A stretch of 64,000 nt of DNA from assembly GCA_965220965.1 (NCBI GenBank), contig OZ244852.1, positions 1,888,001-1,952,000 on the forward strand, written 5' to 3'. The position numbers and the translations under genes were made by a program. Below the pieces are notes generated by a model, which was not told where the DNA came from, searched no databases, and was given only the letters and a program-made list of their open reading frames with translations. Of the stretch, positions 29,350 to 37,854 are shown piece after piece; position 1 is the first letter of the stretch, and every line of letters begins with the position of its first letter. The DNA comes from Candidatus Marinacidobacterium sp. (lineage in GTDB: Bacteria > Acidobacteriota > Vicinamibacteria > Marinacidobacterales > Marinacidobacteraceae).

Positions 29350-29516
29350 TTTTCGGGCTTGCGCCCGGACGGTCCGCGCGCCCTAGCGAAATCCTCTCGC
29401 GGCGCGGTCGCGAGCGAAATCCCCCAACCGGATTCCCGATCCTGACGGAACCCTGCGACCCGAGGCGTGGCATGGCCGCCCGTCGGCGCCCGGTCCCCGG
29501 GAAGGAGACCCTCATC

Positions 29517-30575
29517 ATGGACACCCGATTGCTTCCGATCTCCCTGATCCTGCTCTTCGGCGCGCTGGCCGCGCCCGCTTCGGACGCCGAAGCCCAGGAT
29601 GTGGACCCGCAGAAGGCGGCCGCCTGCATGCAGGCGGTGGACAGCGCGAACTATGAGCAGGTCCTCGCCGCCTGTCCGGAGGTTCTCGCCGTCCTTCCCG
29701 AGGATCACCCGTACTACGCGCACTGGTCCCAGACCGTGAACTACGCCTACAGCCTCCAGTGCGAGCCGGCCGCCCAGGCGCAGCAATGGGACAGCGTGAT
29801 CACCTACTGCCAGATGGCGGTTCAGGCCAACCCGCAGGCGTTCATCCTGAACTACTACCTCGGGCTCGCGCACATGACCAAGGAGGACTGGGCGAACGCC
29901 GGGGTCAGCTTCTCCACCTTCCTCGACGGGGTCCAGGGGAACCGGGAGGCCGCCTCGCAACTGTCACAGCAGATCACCGTGGCGCAGCGTTCGGGCGGGA
30001 TCGCCTACGCGCGGGCCAACGCCATCCAGGACGCGCTGCCGCTGCTGCAGGCCGCTTCCCGGGCCAACCCCCAGGACGTGGAGATCCATTTCCGCCTCGG
30101 GAACGCGCTGCTGCGGACCGGAGACAACGCCGGGGGCGAGCGGGCGCTGGATGTCTACATCGAGCACGCCCCCGCTCCGGCGCCGGCGATCATCTTCATC
30201 GTGGGACAGCTCGCCTACAACTCGGGGAACCTGACCAAGGCCGACGCGTTGCTGAGCCGGTTCCTGGAGGCCCAGCCTTCGGGCCGCGGCAGCGCCGACG
30301 CCCATTACATGCTGGGCCAGGCCCTCCAGGCCTCGGACGAGGATCGGGCCATCACCCACTACCAGGGCTTCCTGGCCGGCGCCGACGCCGGGGACGCCCG
30401 CGTCGCCGACGCGAATTTCGCGCTCGGAACCATCCTCTACAACCGGGACGACTGCTCGAACGCCGAGCAGTACTACCAGGCGATGCTGGAAGCGGCGCCC
30501 GACCACGCGAACGCCGCGCAGGTCACCGAAATCCTCGCGTCCATCGCGGAAGGGGGCTGCGAGAGCGGTCTTTAG
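29517..30575 (+). CDS. Secreted tetratricopeptide repeat protein (paralog 2 of 3)
   Basis: AAGGAG SD, signal peptide ending AEA, TPRs (NYYLG, IHFRLG, AHYMLG, ANFALG), six Cys in three pairs. Confidence 0.85.
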   Translation: MDTRLLPISLILLFGALAAPASDAEAQDVDPQKAAACMQAVDSANYEQVLAACPEVLAVLPEDHPYYAHWSQTVNYAYSLQCEPAAQAQQWDSVITYCQMAVQANPQAFILNYYLGLAHMTKEDWANAGVSFSTFLDGVQGNREAASQLSQQITVAQRSGGIAYARANAIQDALPLLQAASRANPQDVEIHFRLGNALLRTGDNAGGERALDVYIEHAPAPAPAIIFIVGQLAYNSGNLTKADALLSRFLEAQPSGRGSADAHYMLGQALQASDEDRAITHYQGFLAGADAGDARVADANFALGTILYNRDDCSNAEQYYQAMLEAAPDHANAAQVTEILASIAEGGCESGL

Positions 30576-30775
30576 CACCCGGATTTGGCGGCCGGATTCC
30601 GCCGCCCGGCCGGACCGATTCGCTCCTGACCGATGCTCCGGGAGGGGCTCGGCGCATGTGGTAATGTGTCGCGCCTGATTCGCCGGGGTCCGGGAGTCTG
30701 TCCGAGTCGGTGGCCGGCGCTCGCGCCGCCCGGGAGGTCCCCGGCGAGGGGGTTCCGACCCCAAGGAGAGTTGTC

Positions 30776-31912
30776 ATGCCACTTCGGACGAGCTACGGGT
30801 TCCGTCTCGCGCTCGCGGCTTCCTTCGCCGTGGGCGTAACCGTCTCCGCCGCCCCGGACGCGTCGGCGTCTCCGGGCGTTCGGGCGTTTTCCGCGCCGAC
30901 GCAGATCACCGGGACGCCCGAGGACGACGACGCCTGCGAGGCGGTCATCGAGGCCCAGGACTGGGAACAGGTCATCGCGCTCTGCGAGCCGCTGCTGTCG
31001 ATCCACGACGAGGGCCACCGGATGTTCCAGTTCATCAGCGAGAACGTGGAGTACGCCCACACGACGCTGAACTATGCGACCCAGCAGCGCTGCCTGACCT
31101 CGGCGCAGAGCGGAGACTGGGACACCACGCTGGAGGCCTGCCCGACGACCATCGCGGCGTTCCCCGATTTCTTCGTGGGCCACCTGTTCGTGGGCCTCGC
31201 CCACAACGCCAGGGGAGCGACGGCCGAAGCGAACCCGGCGCTCGAGACCTTCATTGCAGCAGCCGAAGCCAGCCCGGACGCCGCGCAGCTTGGCGAGCAG
31301 ATCGCTCTGGCGCGCCGGACGGTCGCGATGAACCGGCTCGAAGCCGGGGACACCGCGGGGGCGCTTCCCATGCTCCGGGCGATCTCCGCCAGCGACCCGA
31401 CGGACGCCGAGGTCCACTTCCGGCTCGGGTTCGCGCTGCTCGGGGAGGATGATCCCGAAGGCGCCCGGGAGGCGTTCGATGCGGTGATCAGCCTGGACCC
31501 CGACATTCCCCAGTTGGGACAGGTGCTCTTTCTGGCCGGCCAACTGGCGTACAACGCCCAGGCCTACGACGAGGCGTCCGCGCGCCTGACCGCCTACATC
31601 GAGCGCAGCCCCGACGGCGATCAGGTCACCGAGGCCCACTGGCTGCTGGCCTCGATGGCCGCGCGCAACGACCAGACGGGCGCGGCCGTGACCCACTTCA
31701 CCGCCTTCCTCGAGGACGAGTCCTCGGGCGAGCGCGCGGCGCTGGCGAACTACTCGCTCGGCACGATCTACTTCAACCAGAACCAGTGCAACCGGGCGGC
31801 GACGTACTACAACCGTTTCCTCCGCCTGGCGCCCGGCGACCCCAAGGTGGGCGATGTCCAGGAGACGCTCCTCGACATCGAGGATGGGCTCTGCGAGCCC
31901 GGGCTGGACTGA
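30776..31912 (+). CDS. Secreted tetratricopeptide repeat protein (paralog 3 of 3)
   Basis: AAGGAG SD, signal peptide, TPRs (VHFRLG, VLFLAG, ANYSLG), six Cys in three pairs. Confidence 0.85.
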   Translation: MPLRTSYGFRLALAASFAVGVTVSAAPDASASPGVRAFSAPTQITGTPEDDDACEAVIEAQDWEQVIALCEPLLSIHDEGHRMFQFISENVEYAHTTLNYATQQRCLTSAQSGDWDTTLEACPTTIAAFPDFFVGHLFVGLAHNARGATAEANPALETFIAAAEASPDAAQLGEQIALARRTVAMNRLEAGDTAGALPMLRAISASDPTDAEVHFRLGFALLGEDDPEGAREAFDAVISLDPDIPQLGQVLFLAGQLAYNAQAYDEASARLTAYIERSPDGDQVTEAHWLLASMAARNDQTGAAVTHFTAFLEDESSGERAALANYSLGTIYFNQNQCNRAATYYNRFLRLAPGDPKVGDVQETLLDIEDGLCEPGLD

Positions 31913-31921
31913 GTCGACCGG

Positions 31922-31927
31922 TAGAAT
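31922..31927 (+). promoter_or_regulatory. Candidate -10 box (TAGAAT) for the trp operon
   Basis: TAGAAT at the start of the ~370-nt intergenic region before trpD. Confidence 0.45.
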
Positions 31928-32282
31928 TCGAGTCGTGAACCTCGGAAGACCGATCCGCATCGGACCTTTCCGGCGGCGCCCCGACCGGCGATGGCGATTT
32001 ACCAGCCGGTCGGGCGTCTTCCGGAAACGCGTCGCGGAGTCTTCCATTCGCTGACTCCGGGGACGCGGCTCTCCCGGCGACCCGGCCGCGACCATCAGCG
32101 CGCCCGGCGCCCGCCAGGCTCTTCGCTCCAGTCCGTTTGGCGGATTCACGAGAGGACGCGGAGGGCGCCGGGGCGCTCATCCGGCTCGTCCCGCCATGGA
32201 GGCGCGCCGCTCTCCACGCGCATCGGCGGACTCCGCCGTCCGGGGTCCGCGGCGCCCCTTCCCCCGCTCCAGGAACTCCCCC

Positions 32283-33302
32283 GTGATCTCCTCCCTCCTC
32301 GAAGACCTCCTCGCTGGAACCGCGCCTGACCCGAAGGCGCTCGAAAGCGCGCTCCACCGCATCCTCGGCGGCGAGGCCGACCTCGCCCAGACCGCGGGTC
32401 TGCTCGTCGCGCTGCGGGTCCGCGAACCCGACGCGCCGACCCTCGCCGCCTGCGCCCGCGCCATGCGGCTCCACCGCAAGGCGGTGAACTCGCAGGTTCG
32501 CCCGCTGGTCGACACCTGCGGCACCGGCGGCGACCGGAGCGGCACGTTCAACATCTCGACCGCCGCCGCGCTGGTGGTGGCCGCCGCCGGCGGGGCCGTC
32601 GCCAAGCACGGCAACCGGAGCGCCTCGTCGCTGACCGGCAGCGCGGATGTGCTCGAAGCCTGCGGGGCCCAGCTTCATCTGGAACCCGGGCAGGCGACCC
32701 GCATCCTCGACGCCACCGGCTTCGTGTTCCTCTTCGCTCCCGCCTTCCACCCGGCGGTGGCGCACGTGGGGCCCGCCCGCCGCTCGCTCGGGATCCGCAC
32801 GCTGTTCAACGTGCTGGGCCCGCTGGCGAACCCGGCCCTCGCCGAACACCAGCTCATCGGCGTCTACGACCCGGATCTCACCGAGACAGTGGCGCTGGCG
32901 CTCGCCGAACTGGGCTCCACGGCGGCGCTCGTCGTCCACTGCGACGGGCTCGACGAGATCGGCCTCCACGCGGCCACGCGGGGCCACCAGCTCGCGGGCG
33001 GCGAAGTGCGTCCGGTCGAAATCCGGATCGGGGAGCTCGGGCTCTCGCCGGCGCCCATCTCCGACCTGAAGGGAGGCGGGAACGGCGAGAACGCCGCCAT
33101 CCTGCGAGCCGTGCTCTCGGGCGATGACAAGGGTCCGAAGCGCGATGTGGTCGCGGCGAACGCCGGAGCGGCGATGACCGTCGCCGGGCTGGCCGACGAT
33201 CTCCCGGCGGGGGTGGCCATGGCGCTCGAGGTCCTGGCTTCCGGCCGCGCGCTGCGCACGCTGGACCGTTACGTCGAGACGAGCCTGCGCGTGACGCAGT
33301 GA
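32283..33302 (+). CDS. trpD: Anthranilate phosphoribosyltransferase
   Basis: DTCGTGGD, FNIST, AKHGNRSASS, GSADVLE, RTLFNVLGPLANP, GLDE. Confidence 0.95.
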   Translation: MISSLLEDLLAGTAPDPKALESALHRILGGEADLAQTAGLLVALRVREPDAPTLAACARAMRLHRKAVNSQVRPLVDTCGTGGDRSGTFNISTAAALVVAAAGGAVAKHGNRSASSLTGSADVLEACGAQLHLEPGQATRILDATGFVFLFAPAFHPAVAHVGPARRSLGIRTLFNVLGPLANPALAEHQLIGVYDPDLTETVALALAELGSTAALVVHCDGLDEIGLHAATRGHQLAGGEVRPVEIRIGELGLSPAPISDLKGGGNGENAAILRAVLSGDDKGPKRDVVAANAGAAMTVAGLADDLPAGVAMALEVLASGRALRTLDRYVETSLRVTQ

Positions 33303-33330
33303 CCGCACTCCGAAGGGGCCCCTTCCGACC

Positions 33331-34134
33331 GTGAGGGCGGCCGGTTCCGAGCGGGCGGGAGGCGGAGTCCTCGACGCTCTCACCCGATCCGCGGAGGCGC
33401 GCGCCGCCCGGCTGGCGGAGCGCCCCCTCCGGCCCACCGGGCGCCCCGTCTCCCGGCCGCCATTCCGCGAGGCGCTCCGGGGCCGCGGCGCGCTCTCGGT
33501 GATCGCCGAATTCAAGCGGCGAAGCCCAAGCGCCGGGATGATCCGCGAGGACGACCCCGCGGGTCGCGCCCGCGCCTACCGGGACGCCGGCGCCTCGGCG
33601 CTGTCCGTCCTCACCGAGCCGGATTCCTTCGGGGGCTCGTTCGAGGATCTCACCGCGGCCGCCGAAGCGTCCGGCCTTCCGGTGCTGATGAAGGACTTCG
33701 TGGTCCATCCGGCGCAGATCCGCGCCGGATGGGCCGCCGGCGCCTCGGCGGTGCTTCTGATCGTGCGCTGTCTGGACGACCGGCGACTCCGCGAGCTGCA
33801 CGGCGAGGCCCGGGCGCTCGGACTCGACACGCTCGTCGAAGTCCACGACGCCGCCGAACTGGACCGGGCGCTCGCCCTCGAGGGAGCGGTCATCGGAGTC
33901 AACAACCGGGACCTCGACACGCTCACCACGGATCGCCGCCGGGCGGCCGGGCTGCTCCCGACCGTCCCGCCGGACCGGGTGGCGGTTGCGGAGAGCGGCT
34001 ACCTTGAGCCGGCGCATCTCGCCGAGCTTCGCGGTCTGGCCGACGCCGTCCTGATCGGATCGGCGCTGATGCGCGCGGCGGATCCGGCGCCGTTCCTCAA
34101 GGCGGCGACGGGGAGCGGCCCTTCCGCGACCTGA
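33331..34134 (+). CDS. trpC: Indole-3-glycerol phosphate synthase
   Basis: VIAEFKRRSPS, LSVLTE, LMKDF, LVEVH, GVNNRDL, AESG, LIGSALM. Confidence 0.95.
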   Translation: MRAAGSERAGGGVLDALTRSAEARAARLAERPLRPTGRPVSRPPFREALRGRGALSVIAEFKRRSPSAGMIREDDPAGRARAYRDAGASALSVLTEPDSFGGSFEDLTAAAEASGLPVLMKDFVVHPAQIRAGWAAGASAVLLIVRCLDDRRLRELHGEARALGLDTLVEVHDAAELDRALALEGAVIGVNNRDLDTLTTDRRRAAGLLPTVPPDRVAVAESGYLEPAHLAELRGLADAVLIGSALMRAADPAPFLKAATGSGPSAT

Positions 34135-34802
34135 TGGCGACAGCGCATCGCGAAGGCGTCTCGCAGGACCCCCTTCCGCCCATGGAAGTCAAGATCTGCG
34201 GTCTGCTCCGGCCGGAAGACGCCCGGCTGGCGGTGCGGCTGGGAGCGGGCTGGATCGGGATCGTGCGCGCCCCCGACTCGCCGCGCTCGGCGAGCCTCGA
34301 CCAGGCGCGCCGCGTCATCGAGGCCGCGGTCTCCGAGAACGGGAGCGTGCGGCCGGTGCTGGCCACCGGACGACGCACCCGCGCCGAAGTGGCGGCTGAC
34401 GCCAGGGCGCTCGGCATCCGGCGGGTCCAGCCGCACGGGCTGTCCGAGGCCGGGGTTCGGGCCCTGGTCTCCGAGGGACTCATCGTCCACCGGGTGGTCC
34501 CGGTTCCGGAGACCGCCGGGCGTCTCCCGTCGTTCCGGGCCCCCACCGGATCGGACGGTCCCCTCGTCTTCGATGTGGGCGGCGGAGGCAGCGGCCGTTC
34601 GTTCGACTGGCGCATCCTGGGCGACGCCGCCCCGCCCCGGGTCTTCATCGCCGGCGGGCTCCGTCCCGAAAACGTGGGCCGGCTCCTGCCGTTCCGGCCG
34701 TGGGGAGTCGATGTCTCGAGCGGCGTGGAGGCGTCCCCGGGCGTCAAGGACGGCGCGCGGATGCGCTCCTTCTTCGAGCGGCTGGAGGGCGCGCCGCGAT
34801 GA
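34134..34802 (+). CDS. trpF: Phosphoribosylanthranilate isomerase
   Basis: VKICG, SPR, QPHG, GGSGRSFDW, IAGGLRPENV, GVDVSSGVE..GVKD. Alternative start ATG 34182. Confidence 0.93.
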   Translation: MATAHREGVSQDPLPPMEVKICGLLRPEDARLAVRLGAGWIGIVRAPDSPRSASLDQARRVIEAAVSENGSVRPVLATGRRTRAEVAADARALGIRRVQPHGLSEAGVRALVSEGLIVHRVVPVPETAGRLPSFRAPTGSDGPLVFDVGGGGSGRSFDWRILGDAAPPRVFIAGGLRPENVGRLLPFRPWGVDVSSGVEASPGVKDGARMRSFFERLEGAPR

Positions 34803-36001
34803 CCGGACCGCGGCTGGGCCGCTTCGGCGACTTCGGTGGCCGCTTCGCCCCCGAACTGCTGACCCCCGCGCTGGAGGAGCTGGAGGCGGGCCGCCGGGAG
34901 ATCGTCCCCACCCGCCGCTTCCGGGAGGAACTCGATCGCGACGCCGCCGACTGGGTGGGACGCCCGACGCCGCTGACCCCGGTTCCCCGCTTCGGGGAGC
35001 GCGCCGGCCTCGAGGTCGTGTTCAAGCGCGAGGATCTGCTCCACGGAGGCGCGCACAAGGCCAACAACGTGCTCGGGCAGGCGCTGCTGGCGCGCCACAT
35101 GGGAAAGCGGCGGCTGATCGCCGAGACCGGCGCCGGGCAGCACGGCGTCGCCACCGCGATGATCGCCGCCCGTTTCGGGATGGAGGCGGTCATCTACATG
35201 GGCGCGAAGGACATGGCCCGGCAGGCGCCCAACGTGAAGCGCATGGAGCTTTGCGGCGCCCGCGTCGTGGCGGTGGACACCGGCGCCCGGACGCTCAAGG
35301 ACGCGATCAACGAGGCGCTCCGCGACTGGATCGGCAGTCTGGAGACGACGCACTACCTGCTGGGGACGGCGGCGGGGCCCCACCCGTTCCCCCGGCTGGT
35401 GCGCGACTTCCAGGCGGTCATCGGCCGGGAGGCGAAGCGGCAGTGGAGGCGGCGCTTCGGAGGGTCGCCGGACGCGGTCGTCGCCTGCGTGGGCGGCGGA
35501 AGCAACGCCATCGGCATCTTCCACGCCTTCGTCCGGGACGACGCGGTCCAGCTCATCGGGGTCGAACCGGGGGGAGCAGGGCTCGCAACCGGGCGCCACG
35601 GGGCGACCCTGGTCGCCGGAACGCCGGGGCTCCTCCACGGCGCGCGCACGATGATCCTCCAGGACTCGGAGGGACAGATCCTCGAGCCCCACAGCATCTC
35701 CGCCGGGCTCGACTATCCGGGCGTCGGCCCGGAGCACGCCGCGCTCCAGGCCTCGGGGCGGGCCCGCTACGTGGCCGCCACCGACGAGGAGGCGCTCGCC
35801 GCGTTCGAGGCGCTGTGCGTCGACGAGGGGATCGTGCCCGCCCTCGAGCCGTCCCACGCGCTGGCGTTCGTGCTGCGCGCCGTCCGCCTGGGCGAACTCG
35901 CCGCCGGATCCCGGGTCCTCCTGAACCTGTGCGGCCGGGGCGACAAGGACCTCGAGACGTGGTTCGGCCTGGGCCGGCCTCCGGCGAAGGCGCACCGGTG
36001 A
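34799..36001 (+). CDS. trpB: Tryptophan synthase beta subunit
   Basis: GRPTPL, KREDLLHGGAHK (PLP Lys), AETGAGQHG, CVGGGSNA, SISAGLDYPGVGPEH, GRGDKD. Confidence 0.96.
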   Translation: MTGPRLGRFGDFGGRFAPELLTPALEELEAGRREIVPTRRFREELDRDAADWVGRPTPLTPVPRFGERAGLEVVFKREDLLHGGAHKANNVLGQALLARHMGKRRLIAETGAGQHGVATAMIAARFGMEAVIYMGAKDMARQAPNVKRMELCGARVVAVDTGARTLKDAINEALRDWIGSLETTHYLLGTAAGPHPFPRLVRDFQAVIGREAKRQWRRRFGGSPDAVVACVGGGSNAIGIFHAFVRDDAVQLIGVEPGGAGLATGRHGATLVAGTPGLLHGARTMILQDSEGQILEPHSISAGLDYPGVGPEHAALQASGRARYVAATDEEALAAFEALCVDEGIVPALEPSHALAFVLRAVRLGELAAGSRVLLNLCGRGDKDLETWFGLGRPPAKAHR

Positions 36002-36828
36002 GTCTGCGATCGCTGCGCGCCGGCCTGGCTCACCGGGCCGATGGGTCTGGCGCCCTGTCGCCCTTCCTGGTGCTGGGAGACCCGACGCCCGCCCTGACCC
36101 CCGAGCTGGCGCGGGCGGCGGTGCGCGGGGGCGCCGGAATGCTGGAGATCGGCTTTCCCTATTCGGATCCGGTCGCGGACGGGCCCGCGATCCAGGCGGC
36201 GGCCGAGCGGGCGCTGGCGGCGGGGGTCTCCACCCGCGCCGGGTTCGGCGTGCTCGCCGCCGTCGCGGCCGCCTGCCCCGGAACGCCGCTGAACCTGCTG
36301 GTCTACGGGAATCTGGTCCACCGCGCGGGCTACGATGCCTTCGCCGCCGAGGCGGCGCAGGCCGGCGCCTCGTCGCTGCTCGTTCCGGACATCCCGTTCG
36401 AGGAAGCGGGGCCGCTGCGGCGGGCGTGTCGCCGGGCGGGGATCGGACACGTGGAACTCGCTGGCCCACTCACCCCCGCCGGGCGACTGCGCCGGCTCGG
36501 CGCGGCGTCGGAGTTCGTCTACCTCGCCGGCTTCCAGGGAGTGACCGGCGTGCGGCGCGCCGGTTTCGATCCGGTGCTCGACAAGGTTCGCGAAGCGGCC
36601 GCGGCGCTCGGGGAGCCGGGCGCTCCGCTCTGCCTCGGGTTCGGTCTCTCGAGCCGCGAGCAGGTGGAGGGAGCGTTCTCGGCGGGGGCGCGGATCGCGG
36701 TCGTGGGCAGCCATCTGGCCACCGTCGTCGAGCGCCTCTACCGGGGTCCGGGAGACGAAGAGGCGCTGTGCGCCGGCTTCGAGGATGCGGTGCGGCGCCT
36801 CGCCGGGCCGCGCCCGGCAGGAGCCTGA
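35998..36828 (+). CDS. trpA: Tryptophan synthase alpha subunit
   Basis: GDP, LEIGFPYSDPVADGPAIQ, VPDIP, GVTG, LGFG, VVGS. GTGA overlap with trpB. Confidence 0.94.
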   Translation: MSLRSLRAGLAHRADGSGALSPFLVLGDPTPALTPELARAAVRGGAGMLEIGFPYSDPVADGPAIQAAAERALAAGVSTRAGFGVLAAVAAACPGTPLNLLVYGNLVHRAGYDAFAAEAAQAGASSLLVPDIPFEEAGPLRRACRRAGIGHVELAGPLTPAGRLRRLGAASEFVYLAGFQGVTGVRRAGFDPVLDKVREAAAALGEPGAPLCLGFGLSSREQVEGAFSAGARIAVVGSHLATVVERLYRGPGDEEALCAGFEDAVRRLAGPRPAGA

Positions 36829-36837
36829 ATCCGGGTC

Positions 36838-37851
36838 ATGCTGATCATCATGAAGCCCGCCCCCACCGAGGGGCAGTGCGCCCGCGTCGAGGAAGCGGTG
36901 CACGCGATGGGGTTCACTCCGCTGCGCGTGCCCGGCGCCGAGGGCCGGACGGCCATCTGCGTGACCGGGAACCGCGGCCCGGTGGACGACTCGCTCATCT
37001 CCCGTCTGCCGGGGGTGGCGCGGTGCATCCGGGTGACGCGGCCCTACAAGCTGGTGAGCCGCGAGGTGCACCCCGGGAACAGCGTCGTTCCGATCGCCGG
37101 GGTTCCCATCGGAGGACCCGCGCCGGTGGTGATCGCCGGCCCCGGCAGCGTGGAGACGGAGGCCCGCACGCTGGAGGTGGCGCGCGCCGTCCGGGACGCC
37201 GGCGCGCAGGTGTTCCGGGCGCGGCTGTGGACCGAAGCGGTCCGCCCTTACGAGTTCGCCGGGGTGGGGGACGAAGGACTCCACACGCTGGCGCGGGTCC
37301 GCGAAGAGACCGGCCTGCCGGTCGTGACCGGGATCGTGGACCCGCGATCGGCGCCACAGGTGGCCGAGGTCGTGGATGCGGTCCAGATCGCCGCCCGCCA
37401 CATGGAAAACGAGGCCCTCCTCGAGGTGGCCGCCGGCCTTCCCTGCCCGGTGTTCGTGGAGCGGGGGCCGTGGGCCACCGTCGAGGAGTGGCTGCTCGCC
37501 GCCGAGTCGCTTCTCTCCCGCCAGAAGCGGGACGTGATCCTGTGCGAGCGGGGCGTCCGCAGCGGCCTCGAACGCCGCACCCTGCTGGACCTCCACTCGG
37601 TGCCCGTCGTCCGCCAGACATCGCACCTCCCGGTCGTGGTGGATCCCTCGCGGGCCGTGGCCGAACGCAGCCGCATCCGGCCGCTCTCGCGCGCGGCGCT
37701 CGCCGCCGGCGCCGCCGGCCTGATGATCGAGGTCCATAACCGTCCCGACACCGCCTACACCGACCCCGCCCAGACCGTGGACATCCCGACCCTCGAGGGG
37801 ATCTTCCGGGATCTCGAGGTCTCGGCGGGCTTCGAAGCGCTCGACTCCTGA
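36838..37851 (+). CDS. aroF: Type I-beta DAHP synthase homolog with N-terminal ACT-like domain; catalytic residues degenerate (probable pseudoenzyme)
   Basis: Fold motifs PYKLVSRE, IAGP, LCERG, SHLPV, EVH are present. However, GPC becomes GPG, KPRT becomes TEAV, LKRG becomes VERG and DPSH becomes DPSR. Confidence 0.8.
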   Translation: MLIIMKPAPTEGQCARVEEAVHAMGFTPLRVPGAEGRTAICVTGNRGPVDDSLISRLPGVARCIRVTRPYKLVSREVHPGNSVVPIAGVPIGGPAPVVIAGPGSVETEARTLEVARAVRDAGAQVFRARLWTEAVRPYEFAGVGDEGLHTLARVREETGLPVVTGIVDPRSAPQVAEVVDAVQIAARHMENEALLEVAAGLPCPVFVERGPWATVEEWLLAAESLLSRQKRDVILCERGVRSGLERRTLLDLHSVPVVRQTSHLPVVVDPSRAVAERSRIRPLSRAALAAGAAGLMIEVHNRPDTAYTDPAQTVDIPTLEGIFRDLEVSAGFEALDS

Positions 37852-37854
37852 CTC

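Noticed and set aside
31930-32282. T-box or classical trp attenuator
   Set aside because: No T-box consensus, no tandem Trp codons and no hairpin with a U-tract were found.
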